A stretch of 64,000 nt of DNA from NCBI GenBank assembly GCA_044376515.1, contig JBILKV010000002.1, positions 1,209-65,208 on the forward strand, read 5' to 3'. The translations under genes were made by a program, and so were the position numbers. A model generated the notes under the pieces. The model did no database searches. It was not told the origin of the DNA and saw only the letters and a list, made by a program, of their open reading frames with translations. This document shows, one piece after another, positions 54,672-64,000 of the stretch (the first letter of the stretch is position 1; each line of letters begins with the position of its first letter). This DNA comes from Chthoniobacteraceae bacterium. GTDB lineage: Bacteria; Verrucomicrobiota; Verrucomicrobiia; Chthoniobacterales; Chthoniobacteraceae.

Positions 54672-55928
54672 CTACTGCGCACTCTTCTCCTGCGCAACGC
54701 CCGCCTCCAGTGCCAACACCTCGCCCACGAGATAAAGGGAGCCGGTGACCAAACGCCGGAACTCCCCGGCTTCCCCGGAGAGCGCGGAAGCCACATCCCG
54801 CGCCTCAAAAATTCCGATCCGATCCGCCTCTCCGTCCAAACCAAACACGGCTTCCGCGATGAGACGAAGATCGTTCAGCCCGAGTGTCCTCGGACTCTGT
54901 ACGGGGACCAGTGTCAGACGGCCCGTGATCGGAGCGAGACGCCGCAACACTTCCGCCGCGTCCTTGTCCTGCAACGCCCCGAAGACAAGCGAAGCCTTTT
55001 CCCCAGGGTACGCCTCGCGCCACGTCTCCACCAGCGCCGACGCCGCGGCAGGATTGTGCGCTCCGTCCACAACCAGTTGCCCTCCGATTTTCTGAAACCG
55101 GCCCGGCCATTGCACCCGCGCAAACCCCGACCGGAGGGCCTCCATGTCCGGTTGGTCCCCGGCGGCCCGCAGTGCTGCAGCTGCGAGCGCCGCATTCCAA
55201 CGCTGCACCTCCCCGGCCAGTCCCACCGGCCCGAGCATCCATGGCGCGGAAACCACCTCCAGACCGGCACCCCAGCTTTGGGCAGTCCGACAAAACACCT
55301 CGAGCACCTCCGGCATTTGGGGCGCGCTCACCACGGGCACCCCGGGCTTGATGATGCCCGCCTTTTCGAAAGCGATTTGGACGAACCCCTGCCCCAGGTA
55401 TTGCTGGTGGTCCAGGCCGATCGGAGTGAGCACGCTCACCACAGGCTGGACAACATTGGTTGCGTCGAGACGCCCGCCCATGCCCGTCTCCAGAACGACC
55501 CACTCCGCGCCACTGCGTTGAAACCACTCCAGGCTGAGCGCCGTCACAATTTCAAAAAAAGTAGGGTGCGGATCCCAGTTGGAAACTATCCCGCGGATGC
55601 GGCGGAGCCCGTCGCGGAGTTCCGCCTCCCCGATAAGTTCGCCATCCAGACGAAACCGCTCACGAAGCGAAACCAGGTGGGGCGAGGTATACAGTCCGGT
55701 CCGGCGTCCCGCGGCACGGCAAGCGGATGCGATCAAAGCGCAGGTGGAGCCCTTTCCGTTGGTGCCGGCAACGTGGATGAAGCGCGGCGCACCCGCTCCG
55801 CCAAGGTTCAAGTGCAACGCGCCCGCCAGCCGACGCATGCCCTCCAGACCCAGCTTCACGCCGAAAACCTGCGTGCCGTAAAGCCACGCCACCTCCTCCT
55901 TCAAGTCGTCTGCGCCGTCCCGCTCCAT
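54672..55928 (-). CDS. folC: bifunctional folylpolyglutamate synthase / dihydrofolate synthase
   Basis: IHVAGTNGKGST P-loop, LYTSPHLVSLRERF, VLETGMGGRLDATN, DGAHNPAA. Start ATG 55928 overlaps the fumarase stop (ATGA). Confidence 0.85.
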   Translation of the reverse strand: MERDGADDLKEEVAWLYGTQVFGVKLGLEGMRRLAGALHLNLGGAGAPRFIHVAGTNGKGSTCALIASACRAAGRRTGLYTSPHLVSLRERFRLDGELIGEAELRDGLRRIRGIVSNWDPHPTFFEIVTALSLEWFQRSGAEWVVLETGMGGRLDATNVVQPVVSVLTPIGLDHQQYLGQGFVQIAFEKAGIIKPGVPVVSAPQMPEVLEVFCRTAQSWGAGLEVVSAPWMLGPVGLAGEVQRWNAALAAAALRAAGDQPDMEALRSGFARVQWPGRFQKIGGQLVVDGAHNPAAASALVETWREAYPGEKASLVFGALQDKDAAEVLRRLAPITGRLTLVPVQSPRTLGLNDLRLIAEAVFGLDGEADRIGIFEARDVASALSGEAGEFRRLVTGSLYLVGEVLALEAGVAQEKSAQ

Positions 55929-57586
55929 CACCCCTGGCGCTCCCCCGCCGCCGCCAAGGGGCACTTGCCGCAGCCTTCGGCGAAAAAGTCGTTTCCCTTG
56001 TCATCCACAAGAATGAACGCGGGGAAATCCTCGACCTCGATTTTCCAGACCGCCTCCATTCCGAGTTCCGGATATTCGAGCACCTCGACTTTTTTGATGT
56101 TTTCCTGCGCCAGAATGGCCGCGGGCCCCCCGATACTTCCGAGGTAAAAACCCCCGTGTTTTTTGCAGGCGGCGGTCACCTGCGCGCTCCGGTTTCCCTT
56201 GGCCAGCATCACCAGCGATCCTCCGGCCTCCTGAAACGCATCGACGTAACTGTCCATACGGCCGGCTGTTGTGGGCCCGAAGCTTCCCGAGGCGTAACCC
56301 TTCGGCGTTTTGGCGGGGCCCGCATAGTACACCGGATGGTCCTTGAGGTACTGCGGCAGGCCCTGCCCGGCGTCGAGGCGTTCCTTCAGTTTTGCGTGTG
56401 CGATGTCGCGGGCGACTACCAGAGGACCGCTCAGGAGCAGTCTGGTCGTGACGGGATGCTTTGAGAGCTCCGCCACAATCTCCGCCATCGGCTTGTTGAG
56501 GTCGATGTGGACCGATTGGTCATCCCTGAGCCTCCGCTGGGACTCCTGGATCAACCGACCCGGATTGGTCTCCATCTGCTCCAGCCAGATCCCGTCGCGG
56601 TTGATCTTCGCCTTGATGTTGCGGTCGGCGGAACAAGAGACACCGATCCCAACCGGACAACTCGCACCATGCCGCGGCAGGCGCACCACACGGACATCCA
56701 GTGCGAAATACTTCCCGCCAAACTGCGCGCCGATCCCGGTGGTTTGGGCGAGCTTCAAAGCCAGCGCCTCGGTTTCGAGATCGCGGAACGCGCGACCGTG
56801 GGCGTCACCCGTGGTCGGCAGCGCATCGAGGTACTTCGCCGAAGCGAGCTTCACCGTCTTGAGACAGGCCTCGGCGCTCGTGCCGCCGATGACAAAAACC
56901 AAGTGGTAGGGCGGGCAGGCCGCCGTCCCCAAGGCGCTCATTTTTTCCAACAAAAACTTCTCCAATGCTTTGGGGTTGAGCAGCGCCTTTGTTTCCTGAA
57001 ACAGGTAGGTCTTGTTGGCGGACCCACCTCCCTTCGCCACGAAAAGAAACTCATACTGCTCACCTTCGGTGGCATGCAGATCGATCTGGGCGGGCAGGTT
57101 GGTGCCGGTGTTGGCCTCCCTGTACATGTCGAGGGCAGCAGTCTGCGAGTAGCGCAGGTTTTCTTGCGTGTAGCACTCGTAGACCCCCTTGGAAAGGGCT
57201 TCCGCATCGTTCGCACCCGTCCAGACGCGCTGGCCTTTTTTGCCAATAATAGTCGCGGTTCCCGTGTCCTGACAAAAGGGCAGGATCCCGCGGGCCGCGA
57301 TCTCGGCGTTTTTGAGAAGCGTCAGGGCGACGTAGCGGTCGTTATCGGAAGCTTCCGGGTCGTCAAGAATGGAGGCAACCTGCTTGAGGTGTTTCTCGCG
57401 CAGCATGAAGGAGCAGTCGTGAAACGCCTGCCGCGCGAGATACTCCAGCACCAAAGGTTCGACCTTGAGGATTTCGCGCCCCTCGAAGGAAGCGAGGCTG
57501 ACGCCTTCAGTGGAGAGAAGCCGGTACTGCGTTTCATCCGGCCCAAGCGGCAAAGGGTCCTGATAGAGAAAGGGAGGAGTCGCCAT
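55928..57586 (-). CDS. fumA: class I (Fe-S) fumarate hydratase
   Basis: 552 aa. [42 protein letters not shown], and a C-terminal beta domain with GPTTAGRMD. Confidence 0.9.
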   Translation of the reverse strand: MATPPFLYQDPLPLGPDETQYRLLSTEGVSLASFEGREILKVEPLVLEYLARQAFHDCSFMLREKHLKQVASILDDPEASDNDRYVALTLLKNAEIAARGILPFCQDTGTATIIGKKGQRVWTGANDAEALSKGVYECYTQENLRYSQTAALDMYREANTGTNLPAQIDLHATEGEQYEFLFVAKGGGSANKTYLFQETKALLNPKALEKFLLEKMSALGTAACPPYHLVFVIGGTSAEACLKTVKLASAKYLDALPTTGDAHGRAFRDLETEALALKLAQTTGIGAQFGGKYFALDVRVVRLPRHGASCPVGIGVSCSADRNIKAKINRDGIWLEQMETNPGRLIQESQRRLRDDQSVHIDLNKPMAEIVAELSKHPVTTRLLLSGPLVVARDIAHAKLKERLDAGQGLPQYLKDHPVYYAGPAKTPKGYASGSFGPTTAGRMDSYVDAFQEAGGSLVMLAKGNRSAQVTAACKKHGGFYLGSIGGPAAILAQENIKKVEVLEYPELGMEAVWKIEVEDFPAFILVDDKGNDFFAEGCGKCPLAAAGERQG

Positions 57587-57838
57587 GGCGGAATCCTATC
57601 CCGAAGCCGGGTCGGAATGAAAAGCGGGAACCGTTTTGCGCAATTGCAACAGCACTGATTTTGCAGCATCCACCCTGTCTCGTCGCCGGATGGCGAATCT
57701 GACCCAAGGTTTTGAGCTCCATCCACGCGGTGCGGGCCACTCTGCGGGACGGGGAGTAGACCCGGATCACCAACCCCAGACTCATCCCGCGCCTGTAGCC
57801 GGGAACGAAGAGCGCGCTCCGCTCCGCACCAGACACCG

Positions 57839-59956
<2,118 letters not shown>

Positions 59957-60039
59957 TCACAACACCCCCGTCCCGCCCCGGGTGGTGAGGGCCATCCACC
60001 GGACGAGCGCTCAGCGTTCGCCGGGAGGCACGGTCATCC

Positions 60040-60075
60040 AAAAAAAAGGAGCGCGGCAGTGGATTGCCGCGCCCC
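60040..60075 (-). terminator. intrinsic terminator after the cupin isomerase-like gene
   Basis: Minus strand reads GGGGCGCGGCA-ATCCAC-TGCCGCGCTCC followed by TTTTTTTT, about 30 nt after the stop at 60106. Confidence 0.8.
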
Positions 60076-60105
60076 TCACATTGTCCGGGTTTGGTCTCCG
60101 TCGCG

Positions 60106-61371
60106 TTAGAAGGCGTTGTGCCGGTAGGCGCCCATTTCGGGAGCGTCCGGATTCACCTCGGGGCCGAAGTAACGCAGGACGACGAGCGGTTCGGTTTCAC
60201 TCAGGTTTTCAAACTTCACCCCGGCCTTCGCACCGGCCTCGGTGCAGAAATACTCGTCCTCGGTCAACTCTGTGAACCGGATCAGTTTGGGGCTGTTGAG
60301 CGGATGCCCGTTGATCTTGCCCACTCCCTGAACGCAGGTCAGCCCGTAGGCGCCGTTGTCACGGATGGTGCAGGTGTGGCCGGGTTCGAGCGTGAGTTCT
60401 TTTGCGGTGAAAAGCTGCTCGCCCTTGATCCGTCCGTAGACAATCCAACGGTCTACAAAACCCTCGGCCCGCGTGTCAGCGACTGGGACGGGTTCGAGGT
60501 AGTGGTTGTCCTTGAAGTTGGGGTCGCAGTTCCCCTCCCAATCCAACTGGTCGACGATGAAGTCGATGTCGTGGTGGTGTTCCTTGGGCATGTCCTTGAC
60601 CAAAAGCTCCCACGGCACGTAACGGCCTTCGACGAGGTTCTGATACATCCCGAAGACGTCGCTTCCCCATTGGGGTTCATAGGTGCAAAGCGACCCCGGG
60701 GCATGCAGCACGCAGGGCGGGATGAGCCAGCCCGTGCCGGGCTTGAGCCGGTAGGCGCGGGAGAGGTCGAGGATGCCGTTGTCCCCCTTGTTCCAGTCGG
60801 CGATGCAGCGGCGCACCTGCTCCTTGGTCGTGCCGGGCTCGAGGCCCATGAAGGTGTAGGGGAAGTTGTTGCCCACATTGTTGTGCTGCGGTGGGAAATA
60901 GTAGGACTCCGGCTTGCCTTCCTGGCCGACAAGCTTCGCCTGCGCGGCGCTCTGGTGCATGTGATGCGGGATGGGCCCCATGTTGTCGAAGAACTTGGAG
61001 TAGACAGGCCACTTGCCGTACTTGTTCCAGATGGAGGCACCGATCAGGTCCGCACCGCATTCGGCGACAGCTTCCTGTAGAGTGAACCGGGTGTGGCCGG
61101 CCACGACGTAAGAAAGGCCCTCGTCAGGTGTACGGTTGTCGTTTGCCGCGGGCGTGGTCGAAGCAAACCAGCGCTCGTCGATGCCGCCGCGATTCAGACC
61201 GAAGGCGTACAGGTCGTCCGGGTGCAGCTTGAGACGCTTTCCAGGCTGCAGAAAAGAACGGGGAACCCAGCAGGGAGCCAACCGGAGCAGTCCGCCGGTG
61301 GCCTCAAGCTGCGCCTCCACGGCGGGACGGACATTTGATGTCAGAGTTTGAAGGGAAGTGACGTGGTTCAT
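60106..61371 (-). CDS. cupin-fold sugar isomerase-like protein (type I phosphomannose-isomerase-like layout)
   Basis: Blocks KFFDNMGPIPHHMHQ, GKPESYYF, PGTGWLIPPCVLHAPGSLCTYEPQWGSDVF occur in the order of the PMI type I metal-binding motifs. Start uncertain (ATG 61371, ATG 61389 or GTG 61443). Confidence 0.4.
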   Translation of the reverse strand: MNHVTSLQTLTSNVRPAVEAQLEATGGLLRLAPCWVPRSFLQPGKRLKLHPDDLYAFGLNRGGIDERWFASTTPAANDNRTPDEGLSYVVAGHTRFTLQEAVAECGADLIGASIWNKYGKWPVYSKFFDNMGPIPHHMHQSAAQAKLVGQEGKPESYYFPPQHNNVGNNFPYTFMGLEPGTTKEQVRRCIADWNKGDNGILDLSRAYRLKPGTGWLIPPCVLHAPGSLCTYEPQWGSDVFGMYQNLVEGRYVPWELLVKDMPKEHHHDIDFIVDQLDWEGNCDPNFKDNHYLEPVPVADTRAEGFVDRWIVYGRIKGEQLFTAKELTLEPGHTCTIRDNGAYGLTCVQGVGKINGHPLNSPKLIRFTELTEDEYFCTEAGAKAGVKFENLSETEPLVVLRYFGPEVNPDAPEMGAYRHNAF

Positions 61372-61551
61372 GTTTGAGGCGACAAGCATGCTAAAGGTTC
61401 CGCTCAAAAGGCGACTTGTTTTCGCGTGGCGTGCCCTGCCCACCCCCCGTTTTGAAAACGCTCCATCCGGCCGTTTGGCGCGGGCGTGCGTCCGGCCACG
61501 CTTTCCCGCGCTTGACTCCGAAGCGCATCCGCCTTCCCCTTCCTTTCACCT

Positions 61552-62400
61552 ATGAAATGGTTCCCCACACTCACCGCTTCCGCGATTGTTCTCAACATCG
61601 CGGCAATTGCCGCCACGGTCATTCCAGCTGAGGTCCGCACCAACGGCTTCGCCCTCGGCACCCAGTCCTACACCTTCAAGGAGTTCACTTTTGAAGAGGC
61701 CTGCGCCAAGACCGCAGCAGCCGGACTCCACACCACGGAGCTTTTCCCGGGCCAGAAAATTTCAGCCTCCCTGCCCGATCAAAAAACCGGCCCGGGCGTT
61801 TCTCCCGAGGGCCTGAAGGCCATCAAGGACATCCTCAAAAAGAACAACATTCAGGCCGTGGCCATCGGAGTCATTGGGATTCCTGTCGAGGAGGAAGCCG
61901 CCCGGAAGGTGTTCTCCTTTGCCAAGGAACTGGGCATCGGAGTGATCAACACGGAAAGCACCAACGCGATCGACACCATTGAGAAGATGGTCAAGGAGTT
62001 CGACATCAAGGTCGGTTATCACAACCATCCCCGCCGTCCCAACGACGAGAACTACAAGGTCTGGGACCCGAACTACATTCTGGAACTGACCAAGGACCGC
62101 GACGCCCGCATCGGGTCCTGCGCGGACATGGGACACTGGACCAACTCAGGCCTCGCGGCGGCAGACTGCATCCGGATCCTCAAGGGGCGAGTGGTTTCGA
62201 GCCATATCAAGGACATAGCCAAGGGCGGCACCTCGGTCGTCCCCGCCGGCACCGGACGCGCCAATCTGGGCGAGGCGCTCACCGCCCTCAAGGAGGTCGG
62301 CTTCAGCGGGCCTATTTCCATCGAGCACGAGAACAACTGGAAGGACAACGTGGGCGACGTGATCACCTACGTGGACTTGGTGAAGGCGCACGGCAAGTAG
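61552..62400 (+). CDS. exported sugar phosphate isomerase/epimerase (xylose isomerase-like TIM barrel)
   Basis: 282 aa. Signal peptide, then GTQSYTFKEF, YHNHP, GHWTNSG, SIEHEN blocks typical of the AP_endonuc_2/IolE-like family. Confidence 0.7.
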   Translation: MKWFPTLTASAIVLNIAAIAATVIPAEVRTNGFALGTQSYTFKEFTFEEACAKTAAAGLHTTELFPGQKISASLPDQKTGPGVSPEGLKAIKDILKKNNIQAVAIGVIGIPVEEEAARKVFSFAKELGIGVINTESTNAIDTIEKMVKEFDIKVGYHNHPRRPNDENYKVWDPNYILELTKDRDARIGSCADMGHWTNSGLAAADCIRILKGRVVSSHIKDIAKGGTSVVPAGTGRANLGEALTALKEVGFSGPISIEHENNWKDNVGDVITYVDLVKAHGK

Positions 62401-62430
62401 ACCGTCCCGCCTCATCTGCAGTTTCCTCAA

Positions 62431-62466
62431 GCAGGCGGCCTCCTCGCGGGGGCCGCCTGTTTGTTG
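62431..62466 (+). terminator. intrinsic terminator
   Basis: Perfect 9-bp stem CAGGCGGCC/GGCCGCCTG (62432..62459) with a 10-nt loop, followed by TTTGTTG, 31 nt after the stop at 62400. Confidence 0.7.
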
Positions 62467-62679
62467 CTAAACGCAAAGTCAAACAGGCGCGGGCGAAACA
62501 AGAGCCGCCTGGAAGACGGACCCCTCAGCCCCACGCATCCGGGCAGTCGGTTGACATTCAGAGACGACCGCGGAAATTTGCGTGCACCGGCAGGGCCAAA
62601 CCGCCTCGAGTCCAACCCGCAGCTCCACGCCTCCGCGTGAACCGCGGTTTCCGGTTTCAATCGTGAAAAGCCGGGGGCG

Positions 62680-62753
62680 TGCGCCCGACAGGATTCGAAC
62701 CTGTGACCGACGGATTAGAAATCCGTTGCTCTATCCAGCTGAGCTACGGGCGC
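62680..62753 (-). tRNA. tRNA-Arg (anticodon TCT)
   Basis: The reverse complement GCGCCCGTAGCTCAGCTGGATAGAGCAACGGATTTCTAATCCGTCGGTCACAGGTTCGAATCCTGTCGGGCGCA folds as a 74-nt cloverleaf: 7-bp acceptor, GCTC/GAGC D stem, ACGGA/TCCGT anticodon stem, loop TTTCTAA, ACAGG/CCTGT T stem with TTCGAAT loop. CCA is not encoded. Confidence 0.9.
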
Positions 62754-62876
62754 GGCGCACCTTCTTTTCGCCTCTGCGGCGGTCTGCGGCAAGCGCGAAG
62801 CACCGGGCCCGGGCGCCTCGGCTGCGGCGAGTTTTCTCCTCTTCACGATCTGTCCCGCTTCTGTTTAGCTCGCTAT

Positions 62877-63974
62877 ATGCCATCCTCCCGTCGTCATTTT
62901 CTCGCTGCCTTGTCGGGTGCCGCCGCCTCCTACGTAGTTCCAAAGAGCGCCTTTGGCGCCCCCGCCGCCCTCCTGCCGATCGCTCTGGGCATCGACAACT
63001 TCGCAGTGCGGGCCATGGGTTGGAAAGCCCCGGAACTCATTCAGTACGCGGCCAAACTCCACCTCGACACCCTCTTTCTGTCGGACTTGGACTGCCTCCC
63101 GTCCTTCGAGGAACCGCAACTGGCCGAAATCAAAGCGCAGGCCGACGCGGCGGCGCTAAAGCTGTACGTGGGCTCTTGGAGCATCTGCCCGACCTCCCCC
63201 CGGTTTAAGCCGAAGTGGGGAACAGCCGAGGAACACCTCCGCCTTGGAATACGCGTCGCAAAGTCTCTCGGCTCACCGGTGTTCCGCGTGATCCTTGGCG
63301 GGGCGGACGATCGCAAGACGCCCGGGGGCATCCGGGCCCGGATGGCGGACTGCGTGCAGGTTCTCAAAAGCTGCCGTTCGGCCGCACTCGACGCCGGGAT
63401 CAAGGTCGCTGTCGAAAATCATGCGGGCGACATGCATTCCTGGGAGCTTCGGGAGCTGGTGGAAAAGGCGGGGCCTGAGTTCGTCGGAGTCAACATCGAC
63501 TCAGGAAACGCGGCTTGGACGTTGGAGGACCCACTGGACCTACTGGAACGTCTCGGGCCCTACACCGTCTGTTCGAGCCTCCGCGACGACATGATCTGGG
63601 AAACACCCGAGGGGGCGTCCATCCAGTGGACTGCCGTCGGTGACGGCCTCATCGACTGGCACCGGTATCTGGAGCGCTGGCGCGCCCTGTGTCCCAACGT
63701 GCCTTTCCAGATTGAAACCATCTCCGGCTTCGCGAAGCCCTTTGCCTACAAAACCGAAGCGTTTTGGGAGCACTACGACCGCCGGCCCGAGGCCCTCGCA
63801 AAATTTGAGGCGCTCGCCAAAAAAGGCCGTCCGATGACGCCGTTTCAAGCCGCTCCCGGTGCGGATAAAAAGCTCGCGGAACGGACCTTTCAAAAAGAGG
63901 AACTGGAGCGCAGCCTCAGGTATTGTAGGGAAACCCTCGGCCTCGGCCGCAAGCAAGCGCCTGCAAAGTCCTGA
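62877..63974 (+). CDS. Tat-exported sugar phosphate isomerase/epimerase (xylose isomerase-like TIM barrel)
   Basis: Start ATG 62877 (MPSSRRHFLAALSGAAASYVVPKSAFGA, twin-arginine signal). VAVENHAGD and NIDSGNA blocks. The ORF-track extension back to 62679 overlaps the tRNA and was rejected. Confidence 0.7.
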   Translation: MPSSRRHFLAALSGAAASYVVPKSAFGAPAALLPIALGIDNFAVRAMGWKAPELIQYAAKLHLDTLFLSDLDCLPSFEEPQLAEIKAQADAAALKLYVGSWSICPTSPRFKPKWGTAEEHLRLGIRVAKSLGSPVFRVILGGADDRKTPGGIRARMADCVQVLKSCRSAALDAGIKVAVENHAGDMHSWELRELVEKAGPEFVGVNIDSGNAAWTLEDPLDLLERLGPYTVCSSLRDDMIWETPEGASIQWTAVGDGLIDWHRYLERWRALCPNVPFQIETISGFAKPFAYKTEAFWEHYDRRPEALAKFEALAKKGRPMTPFQAAPGADKKLAERTFQKEELERSLRYCRETLGLGRKQAPAKS

Positions 63975-64000
63975 AGCTTTCCTCCGGGGCGTTCAAACTC

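Noticed and set aside
62679-62876. N-terminal extension of the 62679..63974 ORF
   Set aside because: It begins inside and runs antisense across tRNA-Arg. A twin-arginine signal peptide begins at ATG 62877, which is the sensible start.

Overview
GC-rich bacterial chromosomal segment with dense coding and many 4-nt ATGA start/stop overlaps. No rRNA, CRISPR array, transposase, integrase or recognisable defence gene was seen. Gene content suggests a flagellated member of the Verrucomicrobiota (Opitutales-like); this is inference only, not a database result. Layout: (1) 0.2-3.8 kb housekeeping genes (dus, MidA-type methyltransferase, UDP-glucuronate decarboxylase). (2) 3.86-11.5 kb: a compact five-gene module of exported protein, PilM-PilN fusion, two bitopic proteins and a TPR-secretin. 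It has the gene order of the Akkermansia Amuc_1102-to-Amuc_1098 pilus-like cluster but no pilin, ATPase or platform gene. (3) 11.5-17.6 kb housekeeping genes (coaE, rho, rnd, trpC, pyrH, frr). (4) 17.7-47.7 kb: a single-strand flagellar supercluster of 35 consecutive minus-strand genes running fliD ... flgBC-fliEFGHIJ-ylxF-fliK-flgDE-fliLMNOPQR-flhBAF-fliA-motA-motB-orf-motB. It contains several unassigned genes, a REC/HD-GYP regulator with a degenerate HD dyad, a duplicated MotB, and a hook protein with four inserted tandem repeats. (5) aroD, then a 1,969-aa secreted glycoside-hydrolase-like protein with four PA14 domains. (6) folC, class I fumarase, and a Tgt fused to an MnmC/MnmD-like methyltransferase domain. 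(7) A cupin-type isomerase, two exported xylose-isomerase-like TIM-barrel proteins and tRNA-Arg(TCT). The leads I rate highest are the orphan PilMNOP-like/secretin module, including a C12 tract at its last gene junction, and the motA-motB-orf126-motB stator locus. All function calls come from reading motifs by eye; no search was run.
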